DNA of 64,000 nucleotides from Amoebophrya sp. A120. Its lineage: Eukaryota; Protista; Dinoflagellata. The position numbers and the translations under genes were made by a program. Positions 47,701 through 58,141 of this stretch are shown piece after piece. Position 1 is the stretch's first letter. Every line of letters starts with the position of its first letter. Location: positions 581,309 through 645,308 of the forward strand of contig CAJINV010000015.1 in the NCBI GenBank assembly GCA_905178155.1, written 5' to 3'. The notes under the pieces were generated by a model that saw nothing but the letters and a program-made list of their open reading frames with translations, made no database searches and was not told the origin of the DNA.

Positions 47701-50119
47701 AGGACGCGGATCGCTGCAGCAGATGGCCACTTCCGGTTGATGCTCCACTGGGGTTCGTAGAAGACGAGGACCCGCCCGTGATAAAATTCATTCCTGCGCC
47801 GAGAATGCTGGTCACTGGATTGAGCTTAGAAGCTGCTGCTGCTGCTGTAACCGCACTGGAAGTAGGTCCTTGTTGGCCAATGTTTATTCCCAAATTGAGA
47901 TTAGACCCAGCTGCGCTGCCCCCACTTCCGACTGGTGTGCCGGGGATCGAAGATGAATCTCCAGTAGTGCTTTGTTCAAGAGCAGCGGCTCTCCTACACT
48001 CCGCTATCTCCTCATCGCTGCAATCCAGCATGACACACAAATCCTGCAGGAATAAATAAAGCAGTCGGACAGCGACGTCGGTGCTGTTCGTGGGTTGTCG
48101 TGGCTTCGTGTTGCGGAATTGCGAAGTTTGAATCGACGCGGAAGCGGAAGCCAGCATGTTGGACATCTTGTTCCGGGCTGTGGGATTGAAGGGGGGCTTG
48201 CTGTAGTTTCCAGAACCTGCATTGGCTTTACCTCCTGGTACAGACGAGGTAGGTCCTCGTCCTAGCAAGCCGAATTTCGGCAAAATCCCCGAGTCCAAAT
48301 CCTGCAGCCATGGAGGTGGCGGGTGCGATATTACCGGCTTCTTGTGTCGGCCTTTTTTGCTTTTCTGGTGGCGAGAACCAGCTCCCGCCGACTCGTGATG
48401 GTTATCATTATCTGCAATACCTGGCGGGAGAGAAGAAGACTCCCCGGTGCTTCCGGAGATCGGTAGTTGCCTCCTCTGACCAGTAGAGGACGAAGTTGCA
48501 CCCGCCCCCCCTCCGTCCGTTTCAGAGCAGGTGGACTTTTCGTTATCGCTGTGTTGTGCGGTGTATGCATTGCAAAAGTATCGTACTAGTATAAATCGCA
48601 ATACAAATTTTTCCAGAAGGAAAAATGGAGCTTGTGATGCTGATTTCGCTAAGAAACAAGATTTGTCATGCATAATTTCAATTAGTACGAGTACGATACT
48701 TTTGCACAGGATACGGTGGTACCTCCGGATTCGCCCGTGGCACTAATTGGAATGTTGGTGCTGCTGGCATGAAGATTTATTTGCCGCGAAGAAGATGATC
48801 CACCAGCGTTTTGATGTTCCACCGCCTGACATGCCGTTTCTGTCAACTGCTCTGCCAGTTGCAACAGGCTCCCCCGGGCGACGCTCTGGACGACTGGGGA
48901 GGGAAGTTGAAGCAGGATGGAGAAAACCTACGTTGATAACAAGTTCAGAATTTTGGATGCAGCTGCTTGTCGCGCAAGCCTACGCTATGCGAGACATCAC
49001 ATGCACAGCATGCGGATCTACTGTGCATGCCAAATCACGGTCACTTCTCACTGAAACAGCCGAGGTAAAAAAATGTAGAGTACGTCACGCTGGCGCCATA
49101 TCAAATGCAAAAATGTAAATGTCTGGGTCTGGAATGAAGCAACTTGCCATGCCAAATCTGAATCATGTAAAAATCTGTGTTGCATGATTACCAAAAGCTG
49201 TCCACTTTTCACCTAATCGAGAGACTGTTTCTCATGCAGGATAGGCATGATAGAACTCTCACAGAATCTGTCATGCTATGTCCTACATGCCAGACCTCAT
49301 GGGTCATGGAAAACCTGCATGACAAGTCTAGCACTCTTCCGGACGCAGACATTTTTGCATTTGATACGCCAGCCTTACCTGCAAAAGCTGCTCCACCACA
49401 ACTTCCCTGCTTGAGTGGTCACCAGGCGCCTGTAGTCCGCCCCCGGGGGAAATGGAACCAGCTCCAATTGTTCCTGGTGATCTGCCTCCCCTATCGCCAA
49501 CGCCAACCGTTCCCACCATTGCCAACTCTCTCGACCCCGCGATGCGTTGCAAAATTTGCAAAATCTGCGTTGCAATGGACTCATTGCTGCCAAAAGCGAT
49601 GGCCTGCTCGCGGAGGAGGTTAATGAGTGTGATCAACTGCTCCGCGTTGCTCGCGTCGTTTTGAATTTGTGTTGCGGTGACAATATGAGAAGCTGGATTT
49701 GTCATGCTGGAAGGAGATGTTGAAACAACTGCTGGTGATGAGACCAACCCAAAGTTTTCGACCACCCGTAGCGCGATCTTGAGACACACCGGTATCATTT
49801 TCACATTCCCGGTTTCGCAGCATTTTCGCAGGCACGTCACGTAAGTTTTCAGAGCGGTTGGTGCAGTAGAACTATCGCCCTTGGTGCTCGTCGTTGTGCT
49901 TCCAGTGTCGGTCGTGAGATTCCCTATCTGCTGACAGGCGGCAATGGCTTGCTTGACCTGCTGGCTTCGACCAAAAGTCGAGCATTCCGCAAGCAACGCT
50001 TGAAAATCCTTCTCCAGCTCGTGGGCGAAGATTTGCAGGGTTTTCTCGAAAGGAGGTGCTCCGGGCCCGCCAACCCTTCCTCGGGAGGAGGAAGACGAAG
50101 AGGAGTTCGTGGCTTTCAT
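14800..50119 (-). CDS. MON2: MON2-like (Sec7/BIG-related Golgi-endosome trafficking scaffold), ~35-kb gene split by ~22 introners, canonical introns and a 13-kb transposon; 3' end approximate
   Basis: N-terminal DCB-like LEKDFQALLAEC...CLRKCCETGNVKMIPVCL...IATQILQIL; HUS-like RLLCLELIETVVLN; VNVSFTAIKYLWESAD; WLQLFRQLQISCLDPRREVRDCALKSL; KQWGQSV; C-terminal LILCEERAIRDPL. The exon joins I tested are in frame after removing the element plus one DR. Confidence 0.85.
15269..15576. mobile_element. Introner family A
   Basis: tatggaactgtcaggattgaaat / atttcaaacctgacgcttccata; DR ccgtc; join ART-GDAVQEIF in frame. Confidence 0.93.
16418..16567. mobile_element. Introner family C
   Basis: tatcctgtgcaaaagtatcg / cgatacttttgcagtgcata; DR attct. 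Confidence 0.92.
17205..17920. repeat. 17-bp tandem minisatellite (GCTCGAAATATTTCCCA)n with degenerate flanks
   Basis: Near-perfect array ~17326-17820, no spacers. Confidence 0.97.
18100..18650. repeat. Degenerate ~105-150-bp tandem repeat, about 5 units
   Basis: Recurrent core ttcccctgggtagccagaattgctgYgctaaacacagcaactcgg. Confidence 0.85.
20107..20255. mobile_element. Introner family C
   Basis: tatgaactgcaaaagtatcgcactcgtataaatgc / gcatttatacgagtacgatacttttgcacaggata; DR ggagg. Confidence 0.93.
21526..21793. mobile_element. Introner family B
   Basis: tatcaactgtaaaagtgtctgggtct / agacccagacatttttacatttgata; DR gccgt. Confidence 0.93.
22271..22597. mobile_element. Introner family H (single copy here)
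   Basis: tattgagaggaaaaatcccccctccccatatcaaa / tttgatatggggaggggggatttttcactttgata; DR acaac. Confidence 0.92.
24005..24267. mobile_element. Introner family B
   Basis: Family B TIRs; DR gcagt. Confidence 0.93.
24319..24626. mobile_element. Introner family A
   Basis: Family A TIRs; DR agaaa. Confidence 0.93.
24960..25221. mobile_element. Introner family B
   Basis: Family B TIRs; DR aatcg/aatcc. Confidence 0.9.
25285..25415. mobile_element. Introner family I (diverged)
   Basis: tattgacagaaaaaaaacc / gttttttcctggaagata; DR gctgt/actgt; related to 57364-57481. Confidence 0.75.
26015..26253. mobile_element. Introner family D
   Basis: tatggcgttctcaactgttacaccctcaactg / cagttgagaatgtaacgtttgagaactccata; DR cccag. 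Confidence 0.93.
26349..27178 (+). mobile_element. Non-autonomous Helitron-like element
   Basis: 5' TCTATTATA; 3' GTAG; GC hairpin gccccggc-gtcg-gccggggc (27148-27167) 11 nt before the end; sits between host A and T with no TSD. Confidence 0.65.
27340..28350. repeat. (CGGCCAA / CGGCCAAATCGCAAA / GGGAAACGGCCAAC)n minisatellite spanning an N gap
   Basis: Direct inspection either side of the gap 27574-28275. Confidence 0.9.
28640..29390. repeat. ~18-bp purine-rich minisatellite (GGGAAGCACGGGGAAAAC)n
   Basis: Direct inspection; N gap 28979-29078. Confidence 0.9.
30515..30778. mobile_element. Introner family B
   Basis: Family B TIRs; DR agcgt/ggcgt. Confidence 0.9.
30913..31177. mobile_element. 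Introner family B
   Basis: Family B TIRs; DR atcct. Confidence 0.93.
31485..31695. mobile_element. Introner family J (single copy here)
   Basis: tatccaagaataaaaa...gtgtaa / ttacac...ttttttcttggata; DR tgttc. Confidence 0.88.
31767..31916. mobile_element. Introner family C
   Basis: Family C TIRs (diverged); DR gccaa/gccag. Confidence 0.85.
32516..32751. mobile_element. Introner family D
   Basis: catggcgttctcaa / ttgagaacgccata; DR gatgg. Confidence 0.92.
32802..32950. mobile_element. Introner family C
   Basis: Family C TIRs; DR agatc. Confidence 0.93.
33455..33693. mobile_element. Introner family D
   Basis: Family D TIRs; DR gtctt; join LLED-VGFLRYY in frame. Confidence 0.93.
33756..34017. 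mobile_element. Introner family B
   Basis: Family B TIRs; DR cgggt; join YCYP-FLDSIF in frame. Confidence 0.92.
34056..34115 (+). repeat. Left TIR of the 13-kb element
   Basis: tatgaacggacaaaatgcaaaacgggacagtaaaaaaaccaagaaaaatcgtgatttgta. Confidence 0.96.
34293..34373 (+). repeat. Left 81-bp internal inverted repeat containing a 13-8-13 palindromic site (34337-34370)
   Basis: Exact reverse complement of 46786-46866; core aaaacttgtggtt-taatacag-aaccacaaggatt. Confidence 0.95.
35033..36517 (-). CDS. Transposon cargo ORF, at least 494 aa, unknown function (coiled-coil middle, acidic tail, C-terminal PSKKQKV NLS-like motif); probably has upstream exons at ~36690-36790 and ~37050-37340
   Basis: Long open frame with strong GC3 bias; no family recognised. 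Confidence 0.7.
   Translation of the reverse strand: MTDLQTKTVVGLTPEDCGLAYPETWKLSKARAQEQNKQGGWLSLILAPISKLMEITPQAFKGMTQIKLLNAPVIACGNLVAKTVVRLDYANAGAFQMLDNKQCAIVGKCENVEEKYYTKQGKLATTALTRQINDCESKYSKLRATILKNKEAKKKQIKRNNSNDDSVQMEMATEIEKAHNDEKAELQRLRDENKKLLTDLEEKAVACSTLDFFEVHSMMSSKITTKVSMENIRLDSEFYEQKDIEGVNSEFWLNTAAARKTKVRGVEIPITVTGEFEEDKAAFYQKGLKMVWKCTAAIGDGESIVFKPATYRFDLEGDEQLCVKFKIPFKTREPVPAFFDMEEDPTKPPTGKTAREKWDKSLQKEKEAFKAMADLGSCMISSDMADIDMQNISKHIGSKAAAASNMQKFTEEAKKVVSEVTAASSSSASSSSSAPVINPHAENKVDLLNPFASMRANMMKAEEKKINLLQLEGDDEENEKVDEEELTPSKKQKV
38156..38884 (+). CDS. Tyrosine recombinase (phage integrase/Xer/Fim-like catalytic domain), 242 aa
   Basis: Complete R-K-H-R-H-Y set: FTGRRGIDVRSL (R), GNSKLAK (K), SHTPRRSLASHL (HxxR), TGHASVATLMRY (H...Y). 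Lys/Ala-rich N-terminus. The only clear plus-strand gene in the window. Confidence 0.93.
   Translation: MARKSSKSQTKKSGAKAAQKAAAGKKLQARPTGHGKENAADGEERSGSLSMCDARRFADQLAKSAGRKKKAGEAYKLCWLLQCFTGRRGIDVRSLTLADVEPGRVRIGNSKLAKQPNGRGHLKWVPIDPAKATATFIRNQLAQMREDGKKAGDKIFNFGYEAFELKVRQVRQTFKTRNALSCPATLITSHTPRRSLASHLFRNSVALSTIQQITGHASVATLMRYINADYSFQLQAASLVKI
38909..39821 (-). CDS. Putative multi-exon cargo gene of unknown function, convergent with the recombinase
   Basis: Coding-like segments 39460-39821 (MHAGEALKDMLL...) and 38909-39150, separated by AT-rich intron-like stretches. Confidence 0.4.
40089..41590. other. Apparently identical ~700-bp duplication on both sides of a 100-N gap; probable assembly artefact
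   Basis: 40089-40789 matches 40890-41590; ORF translations are identical. Confidence 0.8.
40103..40233. repeat. Long imperfect palindrome downstream of the transposase (also at 40905-41035 in the duplicated block)
   Basis: aatcaagaatcttggttttttcct...aggaaaaaaccaagattcttgatt arms. Confidence 0.85.
41444..45385 (-). CDS. hAT-family DDE transposase, predicted 2 exons (45385-44900 + 44704-41444, ~1248 aa)
   Basis: hAT motif order: VRIAPDATD (D1), SCTDCGSDVVKAM (D2, cf. TDNASNMVKA), VCLHHQYSLL (CxxH), HRWQTF (cf. TRWNS), SSSQVTEARHS (E, cf. SSAxSERxFS). Phase-0 GT-AG intron 44899-44705 with a CTACTAAT branch-like motif. Confidence 0.85.
46786..46866 (-). repeat. Right 81-bp internal inverted repeat containing the 13-8-13 site (46789-46822)
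   Basis: Exact reverse complement of 34293-34373. Confidence 0.95.
47042..47101 (-). repeat. Right TIR of the 13-kb element
   Basis: tacaaatcacgatttttcttggtttttttgctgtcccgttttgcattttgtccgttcata. Confidence 0.96.
48564..48713. mobile_element. Introner family C
   Basis: Family C TIRs; DR cggtg. Confidence 0.93.
49099..49366. mobile_element. Introner family B, apparently inside a canonical GT-AG intron
   Basis: Family B TIRs; DR cgcca; minus-strand CAG|GTAAG donor just outside at ~49378. Confidence 0.88.
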
Positions 50120-51772
50120 CCTTTAAATGATGTTTGTGCGTGTTTCTGTGATCTGGTAGAAAATTATGTTTCAGATGCACGACAGGACCACAGCTTCTTC
50201 GACGCAGTCACGACGACAACAGGTAGGTCCTCACACTCATCAAGTTGGTCATCTTCGCTTGGACATCTTCAACATCCTACACCGGTCCTTCCTTAACGAA
50301 GAAGACTACAAGCTGTTTGCAAGAACCTTTTTGGCATCTACTTCATCGTAGATGTTGTATTAGCGTTGTAGCGTCACGATCTAGGTAGGTGTACTCGATC
50401 GATTCGTGTGTAGTTATGATCACCAGTAGAAGATCGCCCGACCACGACCATAGGGTGGAACACATATGGAGAAGAAATTTAAGTACCCACAGGCGCAAAA
50501 CTACCGGGCGTGAACACCAGCATACCTGCATGCTGCTGGAATAGTCAAGTCACTCTTCATGGTCTGTCGTATTCTGATTCATTTTTTCCAAAAAAGTGTA
50601 AAAGAGTTGTAAAACCGCCGAGAAGTTGTCTGCGCACCGTTGAATAAATCCACCCCTCACGACGACTGTGGAAACCAAATAGATACAAGGCATTCTGCTC
50701 CTCTTTGGGTCAGTCGTATTCATTTTGGTTTCTCAGAAGTAAATGAAGATGCTGTTAGCCTTAGCTGTAGAGATCATGTGAATCAATGATAGCTAGTGAA
50801 ACTGTGTGAAAGCAATTGAAAATTTTCTGACACCGTTTTCTTCCTCTTCCCTTGGGGAAACTAGCATAGAAAGCCCTTTCCTGACAAGATGTTGAGATAA
50901 CTTTGATGTTGTTCCTAAAAATAACGCGGAAGTGTTGACGGCACGACACCTCGCTCCGTTCATAAGGATGCATCTATGCAGACACGAATAACTCAAAAAA
51001 GTCAAAACTTTTCAGATTCATCAATGTTTTTAGTAATGTGCATCTTCTAGGGAATAATTCAAGCGGAAGCGTCGATAGTCGTGCTGCTGGTATCTGTTCA
51101 TTGAAAAACTCTTGTGCTGTCTGCAGGAGAGAGTCGTGCATTTTTGCTTCATACACCAGGCATGCGCATGTTTGAAAAACGAAATTATTTTTGGCTCCGG
51201 TTTCAACTTCTAAATCGTGCGATGTCGTAAGTATGTCTCCCGCGCAAATAAAATCTTTGCAACGAGGTAGCTGCGAGGTTCCGGAATCGTCGGCGTCTTG
51301 ACGATGAGACGACAATTTTTTATTTGGCGTTCATCGCAAAGTTTCTGAACCATAAAAATGATGTAAAACAACATGCTGACCCGATCGTCATGAAGATGAC
51401 GGTGGGACGAACCACTTGCAGGAACCTACAAAGTAGCCACTGCCTCACTATGCTGGACATAAGGTGGAAGAAGATATTTCTGTAGTGGTTGTACAAAATT
51501 CATTTTTGTTGAGCGATGATAATTATAAATCCCCAAACGAAATTTTTCGTATTCAACATCGTTGCAGCTCCTGCAACTTTCAGTTTTACTTTGTCTTCTT
51601 AATCGTTATCGACATTCCGTGGTATCGACGCATCGATATTTTATTAGCTGCTGCAACTACAGCGCCTGCACCTGCTCGTACTGCAAGTTCAGTGATAATT
51701 GATTTATTTTTTGTATACACAACATATTTCCGCTTACCCTCCACAACCTCATCCTGCTTCCAGTCCTCTCTA

Positions 51773-54700
51773 TCACTGCGAAAACGTGACTCCCTGGTTC
51801 GTGATCCGCAAATCGAGAAAAACCTTCTTCTCCGCAGCTGCTGCGCTAGCGAACTTCTCGTTTTCTGCTGCTGGACGACCCCCTTCTCCGCCACTGCAGC
51901 TCAAAGTGTCCTTCACCAACTCCATCTTCCGAAAGGTTGTAGCGCTGAAAGAGCCGGCGCTGGTTGTGGAGGCGCCAAACTGGTTCATTGTTGTAGAAGG
52001 GAAAACATGTTGGCCAACACTTCCCTCAACTTTCCTCAACTGCAATCTGGTGTGCACCCGGCTGGCCACCTGCTGTCCGCCGACCGAGTCGAGGGTGACG
52101 TTGGTGTCGTGCTGGTTGAAGCTTGACATTGTGGAAGCAGCAACTGAAGAAGTTGTTGCACCAGCAGTGTAAGAAGTATTGCTAGAAGAAGAAAACTTGT
52201 TGCGCACCTGATTTGACAAAACCACCGTTAATTTTCCCTCGTCCGCCAGTTTCTGCAGCAGCGAAAACACTTGCTGTACGTTTTGCTTCTGTTTGGAAAC
52301 CAAATCCATGAAGTTTTCCAAGATCAGAAGCTGGTGCGGCTGGTGGACCTGTGATTTTTTTACGTGTTTGATCTTGGCATCGAGAACAAAGTCGCCGCAT
52401 GTTCTTGTTCTTGATTTGATATGCATCGAGAACAAATTTTTATTTTTCGCAGATATAGTACCTCCTTCCCAGCATGACCCACTTCCACCGGCTTGACAAC
52501 CTGCAACAACGATTGCAGGATTGTGACCACATTCCCTGCGCCAGCAGCTCCTGAGCCGGTCGCGTTATTCGCGTCCTTTACTTCCGTATAGTTGATGTAT
52601 TTCAGCAGGTGATTTCCGGACAAACTCACCCGTTTCAAAAACGCTCCGTTTGAAGAACTGGACTCCAAGACGAACACCTGGCTCAAATTGTTGTTGTTCA
52701 TCATACCGTTGGTTTGGTGCTGTGCCGCTGGACCGCTTGTTGAAGCTGCACTTCCGACGTTCTTCTCAATTATCGGAGCAGGACTACTGCTGCCATTCAC
52801 ACCGAGAACCTGCTTTCTCGGCGCCGGACTGGGCATCCCCGGCGGCGACAGGCGGACTGCGACGACGAAGGAAACCGCGAGCTGCGCGAGGAAAGAGGTC
52901 TTCCCCGAACCGGATTCCCCGAAAACCTCCACGATCTGTCCGGGTTTGAAAAAGCCATTGGTCAGGAGTTGGTCGTTAAAGATGGTGGAAGCAGTGACAA
53001 CTGTACTTGCGGAGGCAGGAGCAGCAACGTGACCGCAGCTAGAAGTGGTTTTACTTTTGGTATGCTCGTCGTCCTGCAGTTCTAATTCGTCCGACGCCTG
53101 GCTCCACTGCTTCTGCTTCAGCGCTGCATCGGTTTTGCTCTCGACGACAACTGTCAAAACCGGTTGATGGGCGGTTTCTGCTGCTAGATCCTGCTCTCCT
53201 TTCATCTCATTGTGTGCAACAGCAACTAAAACAGAAGAAGAAGCAGAGCTGGTATCTTTGTTCGCCACAGCATCAGCACTTTTCTTGCTCAGCACCGGCG
53301 ACGAGACTGGTTTGAAGGGAGTAGTTTTCACATCGGGTTGTTTTCCCGAGGCGGTGATGAAAGTCGGGTTGGAAATGGGGGAAGTTTTTTTCGGATTCTG
53401 CAACAGCGCGCTGGACAATACATCTTCGGAGTGTAGTACTGGTAAGGACTCATCGTTTGTTTGATCCAGTTGTTCCCCAACAAACTTCTGCTTTTTCGCC
53501 GGTGGTTTGATCGATTCCGCCGGGGAGACGACGTTGGATTTGTTGATTCCATCCTCAATGCTGCAACTGCTCTGCGACAACTTCTCCACGTCCATTTTAT
53601 CACTGGCCGGTGGGGATTGCGACAGCATTCCCTTCTTCTCAAAATTCAGCGGTTCGATGCTGTTCAACAGATCGCTCTTCAAAGTAGACGAACCGGACGA
53701 GGGTTTTTTGTTAAGGAGGCCGGACAAAGCGTTCTCCTTAGCAGAGTCAAGATCCGTTCTTACTCCGACGTCCGTGCCCTCGGGAAACAGCTTCGCCCCA
53801 CCTAACATCGAATCCGGCGCCGCCAAACCGGTGGAATTCGCGTAGTTGGAGAGCATCGTCGCGGAGGTGTTCGGCGTGGAGGTGGGCATTTTCGTGTTTT
53901 TCATGGCACTTCTGCCTGCGTTGATGTTGAAACCAGCATGAGAAACTTCTTGTTCATCTTCCTCACCTTCGACTTCCATCATGTTCTTTACAAATAATTT
54001 GGACGACATCGGGCTGACATTGTCGTTGTGACTCGTGGTCTCCATCGGATCCTCGTTGCTGCCCGCCACACTGCTGCTCTTCACACTTCCCCCGGCCGAC
54101 AGCTTCGACGCCAGAATGCTCCCCAGCCGGGAGACGGACGGTTGGTGCCCGAGTTTGATCCGCACCCGCTCTTTATGAATTGCAAAAGTATCCTCGTAGT
54201 CGCACTTGTTGTATGAATCGCATAAGAAATTTGCTCAACGTGACAAGTGGAATTTGTCATGCTGAATCACCTAAGAAACCAGATTTGTCATGCAAGTCTG
54301 GCACTTATACGAGTGCGATAGTACTTTTGCGATGCATACTCCTCCTCATCAGACAGCTCTTCCAACGCTTCCTCGAGCACATCGTCGGTTATTTCCTTCT
54401 CCTATCCTGAGTAAAAACGTACCCACACCATAGTCAAGATGGGGAATCGGCTAGACAAATCCACAAGTTTTGGCTGTTTTGCATGACAAATTTGGATTCG
54501 TAGTGTAGTGCTGTTTGAGCTAGCTCAGCAGCATCACAGATCTAGCATACCATGCTGATTGGAGCATGACAAATTGCAAAAAACGACTAGAAAATGCTTC
54601 TCATGGGGCTCCGCATGAGAAACATTTTCAGCATGCAGATTTGCATTACAACTCTGGTGTGGGTACGTTTTTACTGAGGATATCTCCAGAACGTTGTTCT

Positions 54701-55896
54701 CGACAAAAAACTCCGGCTTCAAGGAGTTCCGGATCACCGCGGCGGTGTACGGGGATTTCTGGTTGTTCTCGGATTTGTATGAGAGTGCAAGGCTCCCCCT
54801 CCCCCTCATTTGTATAGCATTGTGCACGGCAATACACACACCCACACACGTGGAGCCCATGCATGACAAATTTCGGGGGCCCAAACAGTACTACAGTGAG
54901 TTGTACTGTTAGTTTGGGCTTCCGAAATTTGTCATGCAAGCAATGCCACAAGGCACCGACCGGATTTGGTATTTTGCATGACAAATGAGGGGGAGGGGGA
55001 GTTGTGCACTGTCGTAATTTGCTCGAGAAAAGCGACGCGTGGGAGGAGGGAGAAAACTGGGGGTCTAACTCATCAAGCTCGGACAGGTATGCATTGCAAA
55101 AGTATCGTACTCGTACTAATTATCGCAGTAATGCATCACAAATGTCTCATCTCTCAAGTCAGAAGATCCCCATTACAAATTTTATTTCTCATGCTGAGAA
55201 AATTTGTCATGCGCTTTCTACTCGTACGATACTTTTGCATTTCGTAACAGCTTGAGTTCGCCAATGTTGGGGAAGGATGTTAGGTCGATCTGGTCGCGTT
55301 GTTCTGAAGAGGACGTAGTAGTTTTGAAGATCAATGTAGCATCGTTGTTTCTGTCCTTCACACCGACGTCCAACATGTTCTGGTCGGGCAATTTGGAGAG
55401 GTGCTCGGCGTCGAAAGCGTTGAAGTGGTGGTATCCCAGAGAAAAAAAAGCTGGCAGGGCATATTTGTAATGCAAAAACACATAGATACACGCTAAAATT
55501 TGTCATGGGTGGCCCCATAGCATGCTACTTCGGATTTGCAGTGCAGTTTTTTTTTGTGTATTGATTTTTGCATGACAAATATGCCCTGCCAGTTTTTTTC
55601 TGTGTGATAGGTGGTTCGGGTTCGCGGCGGTTGCGGACATGTCGGTCTTCATCTTCTGATGTGCTGCTTTAATATTCGGCTGAAGAAGAAGCTGTTGCTC
55701 CACCTCCTCCTCGCGCTGCAACACCACGCCAGCACCGTGCCCTTGCCCTTGTTGGGCCGCGTCCTCATCTCCACCTTCGATCACCATCTGCGTCCCCACG
55801 GTCCGGCGCGGGATGACAGAAATCGGAGTTTTGTCCTTCAAGACATTCCCCGCGCCGCCGCCGCCGGCGAGTTCGCAATCTAAGGCGTCGGCCATG
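51773..55896 (-). CDS. RAD51/RecA-family paralogue with a long low-complexity N-terminal region; multi-exon, boundaries approximate
   Basis: GFFKPGQIVEVFGESGSGKTSFLAQLAV (Walker A in RAD51-paralogue context), QLLILENF (Walker B-like), TVVLSNQV. Confidence 0.7.
54174..54338. mobile_element. Introner family C
   Basis: Family C TIRs; DR ctctt/ctcct. Confidence 0.85.
54403..54682. mobile_element. Introner family F
   Basis: tatcctgagtaaaaacgtacccacacca / tggtgtgggtacgtttttactgaggata; DR tctcc. Confidence 0.93.
54778..55016. mobile_element. Introner family G (empty form)
   Basis: tatgagagtgca...tccccctccccctcatttgt / acaaatgagggggaggggga...tgcactgtcgta; DR atttg. Confidence 0.92.
55088..55246. 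mobile_element. Introner family C
   Basis: Family C TIRs; DR acagg/acagc. Confidence 0.88.
55432..55609. mobile_element. Introner family E
   Basis: Family E long TIRs; DR ggtgg. Confidence 0.92.
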
Positions 55897-56862
55897 GTGA
55901 TAGATTTATTGGTGTGCGGCTGGTGGATCGCGGAGTCGGAGTGTAGCAAGCTTGCTGCGTCGAGGAAACGAAGGAACACTGACTAGGTTTAAGTAGTGGA
56001 GGGCTTGAAGGAAGGTTCCTAACTCTACTAGGTTGAACAGGAATGCATGCACAAGAAAAAAAAGAAAACAGGTCATCGTACGCACATTTTTGAAGCAGGT
56101 ACCACTTTTAGTTTTTTCTCTCACTACTTGTACTTTTAAAGGTCGCTCAGGAAGACGTTGCTCGTGTTTTTTGGTGAGACCAGCCTTCTGCAGTACAACC
56201 ACAATGAAGAACACGGAAGATGATTCCTTTCCGAAAGTGCTATAATTTTCATACTACCTGAAGCTGCCTCGTCTCTACTCGTACAGAGTATGGCAAGAGA
56301 GTGTACCTCCATACAAAATTTAGCAATCGGGGGCGATTGCAAAAATGTACATTCTTCTGTCGCGGCAGCCTGAATTCACAAAATTTGTCTTCGTTCTTGC
56401 AGATCAATCTGCTCGTTGCTTCCATCGCAACTGTAGTATCAAAAAAGCTTTCTTGTTCTTCTTGTTGCTATAGGCTTTTGTAAACGACAATTGGGTTAAA
56501 TTTCTTGATATCTTACCGTGACGCGGATTGTAATGTTAAATTCAAAAGGTGTGTAGTCCGAGTTCTCTGCGATCAATCTTTATAATTTTTCGCTATTTAA
56601 TTGTACTAAATCGACATAAAAGCTGTAGTTCGTTGAGTTGCAGGTGCCCAAGCACAGTGCCCATGCAAGGCGTATTCTCGTGTAGTAGGGAGTAAAAAAT
56701 ACAGGCAGATTGTAGTAGAGAAGACATTTTTGCGCCGTTCCTCTTCCAGCACCGCTCTTCTACGGGAACTGGTCAACAAAGTGACCCGCCCCCTGGAGAA
56801 GTCCTCTACTACTGCTCGGGCAGTCCCGCCACGACAACTACGTGCGACGTTGTAGTTCTCCC

Positions 56863-58141
56863 CTACTTCTTTCCCTTTTTGCCCTTCTTTCCCTTTCTCG
56901 CCGCTTTTCGCTCTTCGTACTCGGTCATGAGGTCTTCCAACAAATCCTCGAGCTGTTTCTCCTCCTCCTGTGACTGCACATTCCACTTTACCAACCGCTC
57001 CCGCAGCCTGGCTAACCTCCTCTCCTGGACAGCCTCCATCTCCAGACGCATGGCTTCGACCTGAGGGAAGATGAGAAATTTGCATTGCATAAACCGCTGG
57101 TGAAACAAAAAACTGTCATGCAAGAGCAAGAAAGCACAATAAGATTAAGAATAAATCGAGAATCGTCATCTTCTCATCTTCTAGTGCCACTCCGTACCTG
57201 CATCATGAACTGCCTGCTCTGGAACTCCTCGGCATACATGTGGAACTTCTCTCGCCTTTCCTGCCGTCTCAAAGCCGAGGCTCGTTCCCTATTTTTCTCC
57301 ATTTTTGCCTCGATTTTTTGCTGCGTGAACGGTGGTATGTCGTTGTGGGAGAGGTCTAACTGGTATGCACAGAAAAAAACCCATCAACATCCAATTTGTC
57401 ATGCAAAAGAACATCCATAACCATAAAGTTCTGTGTTTGTCATGCAAAAAATGGATGTGGATGGGTTTTTTTCTGTGGATAACTGGGTTAACACGTTGTT
57501 GAAGTCCAGGGCGTCGTCTGTTGAGATCATTGATTCGTCGATTTATGTCGGCGATTTTGATTTGAAACAAATGATTAGTGGATAGCATATTTTTGATTTG
57601 GATTACGTAAAACACCAATAAATCAGCATGTGATGTGAAAATCAAAATCTCGACCTCCAGTAAAAAAAGATTATACTAAACGCATCCGCCGCGGCAGGTC
57701 CCAGGCCGTTTTTCGCTAGAGCTAAGATCTGTACGTCCTGGTTTTTCCTCAATCCCTTAGCCAATTCCACTATTCCGCTGCTGTCCTGCCCACCGACTAC
57801 TAGATTGTTGGCTTCGAGGTTGAGGCAGCTGTTATGGAAATTTTCAAAACCGTTCAGATTCAGATAATTATCGAGAGTTCATCGCATGTTGACAATGAGA
57901 AAAAATGCCAACCACTCGTTCGCGCATGATAAAAAAGAAGTCAATTATACAAGACGCGCTCGTTCTTCGTGAGTGCCTCCCCGAAGGCAGCTGCTGCTTT
58001 CACGCCTAAATTGTTCCCTTCCAGATCCATTTTTCGTAGCGAGTCGTTCTTGTGTAGCATCTTTGCAAGCGTGACGCCGTCTGTGATAGTTAGGTCGGTA
58101 AAGTTCAATTGTTGTTGTCCCTTTTTTAAGTTCCCTGCCAT
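56863..58141 (-). CDS. RNI-like leucine-rich repeat protein with a coiled-coil/Lys-rich C-terminus, multi-exon
   Basis: LHKNDSLRKMDLEGNNLGVKAAAAFGEALTKN and LNLEANNL...LAKGLRKNQDVQILALAKNGLG repeats; ends KGKKGKKGKK. Confidence 0.75.
57364..57481. mobile_element. Introner family I
   Basis: tatgcacagaaaaaaacccatcaacatcca / tggatgtggatgggttttttttctgtggata; DR actgg. Confidence 0.92.
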
